The notes under the pieces are model-generated. The model was not told the DNA's origin, did not search any database, and worked only from the letters and a program-made list of their open reading frames with translations. Of a stretch of 41,314 nt of DNA, positions 16,758 to 25,843 are shown piece after piece. A program made the translations under genes and the position numbers. Numbering within the stretch: position 1 is the first letter of the stretch; each line of letters starts with the position of its first letter. Origin of the DNA: an uncultured Clostridia bacterium (GTDB taxonomy: Bacteria > Bacillota > Clostridia > Christensenellales > Borkfalkiaceae); NCBI GenBank assembly GCA_947625065.1, contig CANQNB010000001.1, forward strand, positions 1 to 41,314. Reading direction: 5' to 3'.

Positions 16758-17251
16758 ACAGCCTTGTCGTCGGGACCGTCCTCAAACCGCAGGGCATCCG
16801 CGGTGAGATCAAGATCAAACCGTTCACAGACAGCGCGGAGACCTTCCGCGCCTTCAAGCGCGTCTTTCTCGGCGGGGAGGAATACAAGGTCCTCTCGGTG
16901 CGGACGGGGGACGGTTTTGTCTACCTCGGACTGCGCGGGGTTCCCGACCGCAATGCGGCGGAACTTCTCCGCGGAAGGGAGGTTACCATTCTGCGCGAAG
17001 AGGCGCCCGCCCTCCCCGAGGGGAGCTATTACATCGCGGATCTTCTCGGCAGCGAGATCGTCACCGAGACGGGAGAAGTGCTCGGGACGCTCACCGGCAT
17101 CACACAGGCGAGCACCGACGTGTATACCATGTCCGCGAACGGGCGCGAAATTCTCTTCCCCGCAGCCAAGGGTGTCGTGCAGCAGGTGGACGTCGAAAAC
17201 AAAAAGATCACCGTCGACCGCAAGCGGTTCTTTGAGGTCGCCGTCCTGTGA
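16754..17251 (+). CDS. rimM: 16S rRNA processing protein RimM
   Basis: VGTVLKPQGIRGEIKI N-terminus plus a PRC-barrel C-terminus. ATGA overlap with tmk. Confidence 0.9.
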   Translation: MNSLVVGTVLKPQGIRGEIKIKPFTDSAETFRAFKRVFLGGEEYKVLSVRTGDGFVYLGLRGVPDRNAAELLRGREVTILREEAPALPEGSYYIADLLGSEIVTETGEVLGTLTGITQASTDVYTMSANGREILFPAAKGVVQQVDVENKKITVDRKRFFEVAVL

Positions 17252-17310
17252 CCGCCTCCACCGGGCGGCAGGGCGCGCCTAAATAAGTTTGAACAAAGGG
17301 GGATCCGACC

Positions 17311-17976
17311 GTGAAGATCACCATTCTGACCCTCTTTCCCGAGATGTTTTCTGCCCTCTCTGCGAGCATTTTAGGGCGCGCACAGCGGGCGGGGAAGCTT
17401 GAGATCGAGGTCGTCGACATCCGTTCCTATACCGAGGACAAGCACCTCAAATGCGACGATTACCCCTTCGGCGGAGGGGCGGGCATGGTCATGATGGCGC
17501 AGCCCGTCGGAAGCGCGATCGAGGGGGTCGACCCCGGACATGGTGCCCGCCGGATCTATCTCTCCCCCAAGGGAAAGACGCTTCGGCAGGAGCAGGTCTA
17601 TTCCCTCTGCGAGGAGGAACATCTCGTCCTCCTCTGCGGGCATTACGAGGGGGTGGACCAGCGCGCGATCGACCTCTTCATCGACGAGGAGATCAGCATC
17701 GGCGACTATGTCCTCACGGGGGGCGAGCTCCCCGCGATGGTGCTCGTTGACTGCGTCGCGCGCTACATCGACGGCGTCCTCTCGCCCGAGTCGCTCGTCG
17801 ACGAGAGCTTTTCCGACGGCTTGCTCGAATACCCGCAGTACACCCGTCCCGTGGAATACCGCGGGCTCACCGTGCCCGAAGTGCTCCGCAGCGGCAACCA
17901 CGCCGAGATCGACAAGTGGCGCCGCGAGCAGGCGCTCGAGATCACAAAGAAGAACCGTCCCGATCTGTTGAAGTGA
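17311..17976 (+). CDS. trmD: tRNA (guanine37-N1)-methyltransferase
   Basis: GTG start after AAAGGGGGA. ILTLFPEMF, DDYPFGGGAGMVM and GHYEGVDQR motifs. Confidence 0.93.
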   Translation: MKITILTLFPEMFSALSASILGRAQRAGKLEIEVVDIRSYTEDKHLKCDDYPFGGGAGMVMMAQPVGSAIEGVDPGHGARRIYLSPKGKTLRQEQVYSLCEEEHLVLLCGHYEGVDQRAIDLFIDEEISIGDYVLTGGELPAMVLVDCVARYIDGVLSPESLVDESFSDGLLEYPQYTRPVEYRGLTVPEVLRSGNHAEIDKWRREQALEITKKNRPDLLK

Positions 17977-18049
17977 GGGATGACCTCGTTGCCCATACCC
18001 ATGTCCGCGATCGGGTGCAACGAAAGCGAAAAATAAGGAGGTCCGCGCC

Positions 18050-18928
18050 GTGAAAGTCATCCAATGGTACCCCGGGCACATGGCAAAAGCCATGCGCATG
18101 ATGGAGGAAAACGTGAAGCTGTGCGACGCGGTGCTCTTCGTGCTCGACGCCCGCTGCCCCGCCGCGAGTTTCAACGCCCGCCTGCTTGCTCTCACGGGGA
18201 GCAAGCCCGTCCTCTACGTGCTCAACAAGTGCGATCTCGCCGATTCCGCCGCAGTCGAGCTCTTCGCCCGGCGGATGAAGGAGAGCGGACGGCAGACGGT
18301 CAGGATCTCCGCGACCAATGCGCAGTCGATGCGCGTCCTCAAAGCCGCCATGACCGAGCTCCTCGCCGAAAAGATCGCGCATAACAGGGAGAGGGGGGTC
18401 AAAAAGCCCCTCCGCTGCATGGTCGCGGGCATCCCCAACACGGGCAAGAGCACGGTCATCAACTTGCTCGCGGGGGAGCGCAAGGCGCAGGCGGGGGACA
18501 GGGCGGGCGTCACCCGCGCCAAACAGTGGGTGAAGTGCGCGGGATTCGAACTGCTCGACACCCCCGGCACCATGCCCCCTGCGTGCGAAAACCAGCGCCT
18601 CGCGCGGCGGCTCGCCTACGTCGGGAGCATCAACGACGACATCCTCGCGGTGGACGAGATCGCCCTCTCCCTCCTCGAGGAGATGAAAGAGAGGTACCCC
18701 ATGTCCTTAATGGAGCGTTACGAAATCCAAGGGGAGCTCACTGCGGCGGAGATGCTCGCCTGCGTCTGCAAGAAGCGCGGCTTGCTCCTGCGGGGCGGGG
18801 ACTATGACTTCGAACGCGGCGAACGCGCCCTTCTCGACGACTTGCGCAAGGGGAAACTCGGCAGGGTCACCTTCGACGGCGAAGAGGACCTCACGGAGGC
18901 GGGGCTCATCACGCCCGGCGCGCCGTAA
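18050..18928 (+). CDS. rbgA: Ribosome biogenesis GTPase A (YlqF/RbgA)
   Basis: GTG start after AAGGAGG. IQWYPGHMAKA, circularly permuted G motifs (NKCDL ... GIPNTGKST ... DTPG). Confidence 0.92.
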   Translation: MKVIQWYPGHMAKAMRMMEENVKLCDAVLFVLDARCPAASFNARLLALTGSKPVLYVLNKCDLADSAAVELFARRMKESGRQTVRISATNAQSMRVLKAAMTELLAEKIAHNRERGVKKPLRCMVAGIPNTGKSTVINLLAGERKAQAGDRAGVTRAKQWVKCAGFELLDTPGTMPPACENQRLARRLAYVGSINDDILAVDEIALSLLEEMKERYPMSLMERYEIQGELTAAEMLACVCKKRGLLLRGGDYDFERGERALLDDLRKGKLGRVTFDGEEDLTEAGLITPGAP

Positions 18929-18972
18929 CGACGGAAAAACGACCGTATAACGATTGGAAAAACGAAAATATC

Positions 18973-19593
18973 ATGCAAGAACCGACATACGAAAGAGAAT
19001 ACGCAGCCCGCGGCTTTCATGCCGTTGCGGGCGTCGATGAGGCGGGGCGGGGACCGCTTGCAGGTCCCGTCGTCTGCGCCGCGGTCATCATGCCCCTCGA
19101 GGACGACCTGCTCGTCGCGGGGGTGGACGACAGCAAAAAGCTCTCCGCAAAAAAGAGGGAAAAGCTCGCGGAGGAGATCAAGCGGGTCGCCCGCGCCTAT
19201 GCCATCGTGGAGATCGACGAGGGCACGATCGACGAGATCAACATCCTACAGGCGACCCGTCTCGGAATGAAGCGCGCCGTCGAATCGTTGGGGGTACCCG
19301 CGGACATGGTACTCACCGACGGCACCATGACCCTCGACATCGAGGCTCCGCAGCGGAGCATCATCAAGGGGGACGCGCTCGTCTATTCCATCGGGGCGGC
19401 GAGCATTCTCGCCAAGGTCTACCGCGATGCGCTCATGAAGCAGTGCGCCTTGGAGTTTCCCGCCTACGGCTTCGAGCGCAACGCCGGCTACGGCACAGAG
19501 GCGCACATCCGCGCCATCAGGGAGGTGGGCATATGCAGAATTCACCGGAGGACCTTCGTAAAAAAATTCTGGGACGGAAGGGAGAGGACCTGA
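18973..19593 (+). CDS. rnhB: Ribonuclease HII
   Basis: GVDEAGRGPLAGPVV active-site block, DDSKKL and ASILAKV. Confidence 0.93.
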   Translation: MQEPTYEREYAARGFHAVAGVDEAGRGPLAGPVVCAAVIMPLEDDLLVAGVDDSKKLSAKKREKLAEEIKRVARAYAIVEIDEGTIDEINILQATRLGMKRAVESLGVPADMVLTDGTMTLDIEAPQRSIIKGDALVYSIGAASILAKVYRDALMKQCALEFPAYGFERNAGYGTEAHIRAIREVGICRIHRRTFVKKFWDGRERT

Positions 19594-19895
19594 CGGCGAA
19601 ATATCTCAAAAAGCACGGGTATAAGGTGCTCGAACGCAACCTGCGCACCCCCTTCGGGGAGGCGGACATCGTCGCCCTCAGCCCCGACGGCTACACCTGC
19701 TTCGTCGAGGTGAAGACGCGCGAGACGGCGGAGTACGGCGAGCCGAGCGAGGCGGTCAACTACGCCAAACGGCAGCGCTACCGCAAGATGGCGGGCTACT
19801 GGTGCATGAAGAAGGGGGAGGAGCTGCCCGTCCGCTTCGACATCGCCTCCATCTGCCGCGGCGAGCTCGAATATTTCGAGAACGCCTACATCTGA
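19533..19895 (+). CDS. yraN: YraN-family (UPF0102) PD-(D/E)xK endonuclease
   Basis: Start at the ATG at 19533 after GGGAGGTGG. GEDLTAKYLKKHGYKVLERNLRTPFGEADIVA ... FVEVKTR motif. It overlaps the rnhB 3' end by 61 nt in another frame. Confidence 0.85.
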   Translation: MQNSPEDLRKKILGRKGEDLTAKYLKKHGYKVLERNLRTPFGEADIVALSPDGYTCFVEVKTRETAEYGEPSEAVNYAKRQRYRKMAGYWCMKKGEELPVRFDIASICRGELEYFENAYI

Positions 19896-19927
19896 CCTGA
19901 AAATTTTCTTTGCGGAAGTTTCGCAAA

Positions 19928-19961
19928 GGGGTGCGGCGCGCGGGCTTGCGCGCCGCACCCC
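19928..19961 (+). terminator. Strong GC-rich terminator hairpin after yraN
   Basis: GGGGTGCGGCGCGC-GGGCTT-GCGCGCCGCACCCC followed by TTATTCACAAAAAA. Confidence 0.7.
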
Positions 19962-20026
19962 TTATTCACAAAAAAGAGGAATTTTGGGCAAATCCCGAAA
20001 ATTTTTCGATAGCGATGTCCGCGCGT

Positions 20027-20055
20027 TTGCATTTCTTCCGATAAAATGGTATAAT
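20027..20055 (+). promoter_or_regulatory. Sigma-A-type promoter of the large helicase gene
   Basis: TTGCAT, a 17-nt spacer, then TGG-TATAAT (extended -10). It lies about 95 nt upstream of the ATG at 20151. Confidence 0.6.
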
Positions 20056-20150
20056 ATGTTCGCTTGCAAAACCGCCTTCGCGCATCATCCGAGCGCAATG
20101 CATCCGGCCGCGCACAGCTTGTTGCGGTCGCAAACTCCAAAGGAGCAAGT

Positions 20151-23100
20151 ATGGCAGCCAAAAAAAGAAAACTGACGAACGAAAAGATCACCCTCGATCT
20201 GCGGTTCCCCCAATATGTCGGGTATGCGGACTATTTCCTTCAGACGCCAGCCCGGATCCGCGTGAGGAGCACCTTCGAGGAACTCACCTCTCTCACCGTC
20301 ACGGCGACCGCGACAGACGGTCTTCTCGCCGTGCCCTACGAGGCGCAGATCGAGATCCCCTTCGAGAGCACCGTCGAACTGACGGCGGAAAATCTTTTCT
20401 CGCCCGTCCTCCTCGCCGAGGCGACGGCGCTGCACAAGGCGACCGTCACCGTCTCCGCGCGGCACGACGGGAAGGAGGTCGCAAACGCCACTGCCGAGAT
20501 CACCGTCCTTCCCTTCGACTGGTGGGAGGGGCTCTCGGGCAATGCCGAGCGCATCGCGGCATTCGTGCGTCCGCGCACCCGCGACTGCTCCCTCATCTTG
20601 GAGGAAGCGGGCAAACGGCTCAAAAAGTGGAACGAGAGCGCCGAATATTACGGCTATGCGGGCGCCGACAAGAACGCCGTCCGCGCGATCATCGCGGCGG
20701 TCTTTGCCTCCGTCAAGGCGGTTGGCATCGAACCCGAAGAGGAGGACGACCTCATTGCCCCCTCAGCCGCCGTGCGCGAAAATTCCATCCTCAAAGACAA
20801 AAAAGCGACGCCCTTCCAGCTCGCTGTATTTGTATGCGCCTGTCTCGAAGCGGCGCATCTCCACCCCGTGCTCGCCGTGGGGAGGAGCGGGCTCGGCGTC
20901 GGCGTCTGGCTGTATGAGAGCTGCTTCCTCGACACCGTGACCGACGACGGCGACATCGTGTCGAAGTACATCTCCGAGGGCATCAACAACATGAGCTTTT
21001 TCGATGTCGATGACCTCTATGCCGACAGGAACGTCGCCTACACCCCCTCCGAGCGCCACTTTGCGCAAAAACTCTCGGCGGGATTTTACGAATGTTTCGT
21101 CGACATCCGCCGTTGCCGCATGGGCGGGATCGGCGTCTGTCCCACCCGCGGACGGGGGCTCAAAGGGTATGAGATCTACCGCGAAGAGGAGACCTCCCCC
21201 GAGAACGCCCCTGCGCCCCTGCCCGTCTTCAAAGACCTCAAGCTGGACGTCAAACAGCCCAAAAACAAGCAATGGGAGAGGCGCCTGCTCGACCTCACTT
21301 CCAAAAACGCCCTCCTCAACTTTACGGGGAAGAACGCGCTGCACCTCTCCGAGGCGGACCCCGACCTCGTCTATGCCGTCCTCGCAGAGCAGGGGAGCAT
21401 GAAGCTGCAGGCGGGGGGCAAGGAAGACGCTCCCTTCGGCGCGGCGATCAGCCCGCAGAAGCGCGACCTCGTTGCGCTCGAACAGAAAAAGGGGGTGCTG
21501 CGTGCCCTCAGCGAGGCACGCACCGTGCAGGAGACGGCGGGCAAGCTCGTCCGCAAGAACCGTGAGGCGGCGGAGGAAGCGGGCACCAAGATCTTATACC
21601 TCGCGCTCGGCTTTCTGCGCTATGTGAGCAAGGAGGACGGCAAGCCCAAATATGCGCCCGTCGTGCTCGCCCCCGTCGGTCTCGGCAAGGCAAAGGGGAA
21701 CGAAGATTTCTCCGTGACGGCGGGCGAAGAGGGGTATTCGGTCAACGCTACCCTCCTCGAATTCCTCAAACAGGAGTTCAACATCGACATCCGCGGTCTC
21801 GGCGGGGACGTCTCCGCCCTCAAGATCTCCGAGATCATGGCGATGGTGCGCGCCGAGACGGCGACCATGAAGGGGTGGGACGTCGTGTCCGATACCTATC
21901 TCGCCGCGTTCAGCTTCCAGAACTTCATGCTCTGGAACGACGTGCGCACGCAGATCGACGAATTCAAGAAGAACGCCACCGTCGCAGCCCTCCTTTCGGG
22001 GCGCGCCGAGAAGAGGGATTTCCCTGCCCCGCAGGAGGAGGACACCGCCCTCCCCGAGGACGTTCTCCTGCCCCTTCCCTCCGACAGTTCGCAGTTTTCT
22101 GCGGTGTCTCTCTCGGGCACGGGTGCCTCGTTTGTCCTCCACGGTCCTCCGGGAACGGGCAAGAGCCAGACGATCGCGAACATCATCGCCAACGCCCTCG
22201 CCGACGGGAAGCGGGTGCTCTTCGTCGCCGAAAAGCGCGCCGCGCTCGACGTCGTCAAAAAGAGGCTCTCGGACGTCGGCATCGGCGAATTCTGCCTCGA
22301 ACTCCACTCCAACAAGACGGACAAGGCGGGATTTCTGCACCGCCTCGAGGACACCCTCGCCCTTGCGGGGACGGCACAGCCCGTCAGCTTCGGCGAGAGG
22401 TCGCGCGAACTCGTCGCCCTGCGCGAGGAGCTCAAAGAGCCCATGGTCGCCCTGCACAAGAAGCGCCGCCTCGGGATCTCCGTCTACCGCGCCATCCTCG
22501 AATATCTCAAAAATAAGGACGCCCCCGACATCCTCGACATCGAGAGCTCCTTCTACGACACCCTCACCGAGCAGAAGCTCTATCTGTGCAAGAGCATGAT
22601 CCTGAGCGCGGCGGCAGCCGCCAAGGACTGCGGCGGCGTCTTCAATTCTCCCTTCGAGAACGTCAACCTCGCCGAGTATTCGCAGGAACTGCGCGACCGC
22701 GTCTTCTGCGCCTGCGAGGTCATCCTCGCCGAGATCAAGCATCTCAAATCCTTCCTCGGGCTCTTCCTCGAATTTTACCGCCAGCGCATCTCCACCCTTA
22801 CCAGAAAGAAGATGCTCCTCATCTGCGACATCGCGCGCAGCCTCTCTGCGGGCAAATATAAGAAGTATTTCTCGGGCGTCAAGGAGGATGCATTCTACGC
22901 CTTCTACAACGCCAACCGCCGCCTCGACGCCTGCCTCACCTACTACTCCAAGCACTTCAAGTCGCTCATCGACCTCGACGAGTGTCCGAAGGTGGCAAAG
23001 TACATCGAGATGGGCAACGACTGGCACTATCTGAGGGAAGCGAACAGCCTTCTCAAAAAGCTCACGCGCGTCGCCCTCCATCCCATCGCGGAGGAAGACG

Positions 23101-25760
23101 TCCCCAAGTTTTTGCAGACGGTGTGCGACATCGACGGCGCCATGCGGCGGGTCGCAGCGAACACCGCGCTCGCCAAAAACTTCTGCGACCGTGCGGGGCG
23201 CATCGTGTTCAAAAAGCGCGCCGAGTACCTCACCGACCTCTATGATCTGCACACCTCCTGCGCGCAGGCGTTCATGGATTACAACCCCGACGCCTTCAAC
23301 GGAATGTGCATCCGCGCATCAAACGGCTATACCATGCCCGTGATCGAGGGCCTTTTGAAGGCTGCCGACAGCTATTTTGCGGCGGAGGAGAGCTTCCTTT
23401 CCGTCACCAATGCCGACCGCACCAAACTGCGCGACGAAGATCTGCTCGACTACTTCTCCGCGAAGGCGTCCGCGCTCATCGACAACATCGACATGCTCCC
23501 CAACTGGTGCATGTACCGCGCGACGGCGCGCAAGCTCGCGGGCTACGGGCTCACCTTCATCACCGATTCCCTCGAGAGCGGGCGGCTCAAAGTGGAGAAC
23601 ATCCTCTCGGGCTTCGAAAAGAACGTCTACAAGAACTTCCTCGAGATCACCATCCCCGCCGACCCTGCGCTCTCCCGCATGACGGTGGGCACCCTCGAGG
23701 AGACCATCGAAAAGTTCCGCCTCGCGTGGGAACAGTTCGGAAAGGTCACCCGCGACTATCTGCGCGCCGAGCTCATCTCCCGCCTGCCCAAGGCGGACAC
23801 CGACGGCAATTTCGCGTTGGAACTCGCGGCATTTGCGCGCATCTCCAAGTCCAACCTGCGCGGCGCGGGCATCCGCAGCCTTCTCTCCGAGATCCCGACC
23901 CTCGCCTCCGTCGTCTGCCCCTGCCTGCTCATGAGCCCCACGACGGTGGCGCAGTACCTGCAGCCCGTCGCCAACCAGTTCGACCTCGTCATCTTCGACG
24001 AAGCGTCCCAGATGTCGACGGCGGAGGCGATCGGCTCCATCGCGCGCGCCAAGGCGGCGGTCATCGTCGGAGACCCCAAACAGCTTCCGCCCACGGCGTT
24101 CTTCCACTCGGCATATGTGGATGAGGACAATCTGGAGGCGGAGGACCTCGAAAGCGTCCTCGACGACTGCCTCGCCCTCGGCATGCCCGAGCGGCACCTC
24201 CGCTGGCACTACCGCAGCAAGCACGAGTCGCTCATCGCCTTTTCCAACAGCATGTATTACGACAACCGCCTGTGCACCTTCCCCTCTCCCGATGCGCTCG
24301 AGAGCAAGGTGAAGCTCGTGCTCGTCGACGGCGTGTATGACCGCGGGTTCACCAAGCGCAACCAAAAGGAGGCGGAGGCGCTCGTCAAAGAGGTCATCCG
24401 CCGCCTCTCCGACCCCGTCCTCTCCCGCTCGAGCATGGGCATCGTCACCTTCTCGAGCATCCAGCGGGACGACATCGAACGCCGCCTTGCCAAGGAGATC
24501 GCGGCGAGAAAGCTCGATGCCGTCGCCTACGACAGGGAGGAGCCCATCTTCGTCAAGAACCTCGAAAACGTGCAGGGGGACGAGCGCGACGTCATCCTCT
24601 TCTCCGTCTGCTACGGACCCGACAGGACGGGCAGGGTCTCCCTCAACTTCGGACCGCTCAACCAAGCGGGCGGCTGGCGGCGGCTCAACGTCGCCGTGTC
24701 CCGTGCGCGTGAGGAGATGCTCGTCTTCTCCACCATGACCGCGCCCATGATCGACCTCGCCAAGACCTCGTCGAAGGGGGTCGCGGGGCTCAAAGCCTTC
24801 CTTGAATTCGCCGAGAGGGGACGCACGACGCTCGCCGTCAAGTCCAACGTCGTCAAGACGGAGGAGGGCATCGGCAAGTTCATCGCCGCCGAGCTCTCGG
24901 GGTACGGATTCGACTGCCGCTGCGACGTGGGCGTCTCCGACTTCAAGCTCGACGTCGCCGTGGTCGACCCGCGCAACCGTCACCGCTTCGTGCTCGGCAT
25001 TATCTGCGACGGCAACGATCGCTTCTCCGTCAAGGACCGCAACATCCTCCAGCCGCAGACCCTCAAACGGGGGAACTGGAACGTGCTGCGCATCAACTGC
25101 GTCAATTACTACAACAATCCCAAGCGGGAACTCAAACGGGTCAAGGACGTCCTCGACCGCCTCACGGGCGCAGACCGCCGCGCCGACTCGTGGCTCACCA
25201 AGTACCGCAAGCCCTACCGCTCCGTCAAGACGGCGGAATCGGAGACGGCGGCATTCATCACGGGCGGCGAGAACGACGCGCGCATCATGGCGCGCCTCAA
25301 AGAGATCGTTGCGGCGGAGGAGCCCATCTCCCGCGCCTTCCTGCGCAAGCGCTGCCTTGCCACCTTCGGCATCCAGAAGACGGGCACGCGGGTGGACGCC
25401 CGTCTCGACGCCCTCATCGACGGCTGTGCCTTCGGGCGGGACCGCGTCATGGGCGTGGATTACTTCTATAAGAATCCCAAGGCGATCCTGCTCGGCAAAT
25501 TCCGCGTAGAGGAGAATTCTCCCGCGCTGCGCCGCGAGCCGGAGGACTTCACCGTCTATGAGATCGTCTCCCTCGTGAAGGGGGCGCTCGAGAGCCGCGT
25601 CGCCCTGTATATGGACGAGCTCATCGCCCTGATCGGCGGCGTCTTTAGCGATTTGCGCGTGAGCGAACGGTTCTCTTCCTACCTGCGCGACTGCATCGCC
25701 TATGGTGAGGAGAAGGGCATCTTCGTCCGCTCCGTCTCCGACAGGATCTCCCTCGCCTGA
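20151..25760 (+). CDS. DUF4011 / Upf1-like SF1 helicase (AAA_11 + AAA_12) / PD-(D/E)xK REase-like domain / DUF3320 multidomain protein (1869 aa)
   Basis: Start at the ATG at 20151 after AAAGGAG. DUF4011-type LLDLTSKNALLNF and LYLALGFLRY...APVVLAPV. Walker A GPPGTGKS (22143-22166), Walker B IFDEASQ (about 23991-24011), VGDPKQLPPT, HYRSKHESLI, QGDERDVILFS, RRLNVAVSRAR. REase-like DFKLDVAVVD...GIICDG (about 24900-25080), then a DUF3320-like C-terminus. Confidence 0.85.
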   Translation: MAAKKRKLTNEKITLDLRFPQYVGYADYFLQTPARIRVRSTFEELTSLTVTATATDGLLAVPYEAQIEIPFESTVELTAENLFSPVLLAEATALHKATVTVSARHDGKEVANATAEITVLPFDWWEGLSGNAERIAAFVRPRTRDCSLILEEAGKRLKKWNESAEYYGYAGADKNAVRAIIAAVFASVKAVGIEPEEEDDLIAPSAAVRENSILKDKKATPFQLAVFVCACLEAAHLHPVLAVGRSGLGVGVWLYESCFLDTVTDDGDIVSKYISEGINNMSFFDVDDLYADRNVAYTPSERHFAQKLSAGFYECFVDIRRCRMGGIGVCPTRGRGLKGYEIYREEETSPENAPAPLPVFKDLKLDVKQPKNKQWERRLLDLTSKNALLNFTGKNALHLSEADPDLVYAVLAEQGSMKLQAGGKEDAPFGAAISPQKRDLVALEQKKGVLRALSEARTVQETAGKLVRKNREAAEEAGTKILYLALGFLRYVSKEDGKPKYAPVVLAPVGLGKAKGNEDFSVTAGEEGYSVNATLLEFLKQEFNIDIRGLGGDVSALKISEIMAMVRAETATMKGWDVVSDTYLAAFSFQNFMLWNDVRTQIDEFKKNATVAALLSGRAEKRDFPAPQEEDTALPEDVLLPLPSDSSQFSAVSLSGTGASFVLHGPPGTGKSQTIANIIANALADGKRVLFVAEKRAALDVVKKRLSDVGIGEFCLELHSNKTDKAGFLHRLEDTLALAGTAQPVSFGERSRELVALREELKEPMVALHKKRRLGISVYRAILEYLKNKDAPDILDIESSFYDTLTEQKLYLCKSMILSAAAAAKDCGGVFNSPFENVNLAEYSQELRDRVFCACEVILAEIKHLKSFLGLFLEFYRQRISTLTRKKMLLICDIARSLSAGKYKKYFSGVKEDAFYAFYNANRRLDACLTYYSKHFKSLIDLDECPKVAKYIEMGNDWHYLREANSLLKKLTRVALHPIAEEDVPKFLQTVCDIDGAMRRVAANTALAKNFCDRAGRIVFKKRAEYLTDLYDLHTSCAQAFMDYNPDAFNGMCIRASNGYTMPVIEGLLKAADSYFAAEESFLSVTNADRTKLRDEDLLDYFSAKASALIDNIDMLPNWCMYRATARKLAGYGLTFITDSLESGRLKVENILSGFEKNVYKNFLEITIPADPALSRMTVGTLEETIEKFRLAWEQFGKVTRDYLRAELISRLPKADTDGNFALELAAFARISKSNLRGAGIRSLLSEIPTLASVVCPCLLMSPTTVAQYLQPVANQFDLVIFDEASQMSTAEAIGSIARAKAAVIVGDPKQLPPTAFFHSAYVDEDNLEAEDLESVLDDCLALGMPERHLRWHYRSKHESLIAFSNSMYYDNRLCTFPSPDALESKVKLVLVDGVYDRGFTKRNQKEAEALVKEVIRRLSDPVLSRSSMGIVTFSSIQRDDIERRLAKEIAARKLDAVAYDREEPIFVKNLENVQGDERDVILFSVCYGPDRTGRVSLNFGPLNQAGGWRRLNVAVSRAREEMLVFSTMTAPMIDLAKTSSKGVAGLKAFLEFAERGRTTLAVKSNVVKTEEGIGKFIAAELSGYGFDCRCDVGVSDFKLDVAVVDPRNRHRFVLGIICDGNDRFSVKDRNILQPQTLKRGNWNVLRINCVNYYNNPKRELKRVKDVLDRLTGADRRADSWLTKYRKPYRSVKTAESETAAFITGGENDARIMARLKEIVAAEEPISRAFLRKRCLATFGIQKTGTRVDARLDALIDGCAFGRDRVMGVDYFYKNPKAILLGKFRVEENSPALRREPEDFTVYEIVSLVKGALESRVALYMDELIALIGGVFSDLRVSERFSSYLRDCIAYGEEKGIFVRSVSDRISLA

Positions 25761-25843
25761 GTCGAATTCTTTCTCAAAGAGAGGGGAACGGAGGTAAAAC
25801 GGGCATACCATGTCTGAGACAGAGCCCGTCAAAACACGGAAGT

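Noticed and set aside
25761-25843. Possible c-di-AMP (ydaO-type) riboswitch or terminator between the helicase gene and ktrB.
   Set aside because: The 83-nt region is too short for that riboswitch class. It shows only a weak ACGGGC...GCCCGT pairing without a T-run.
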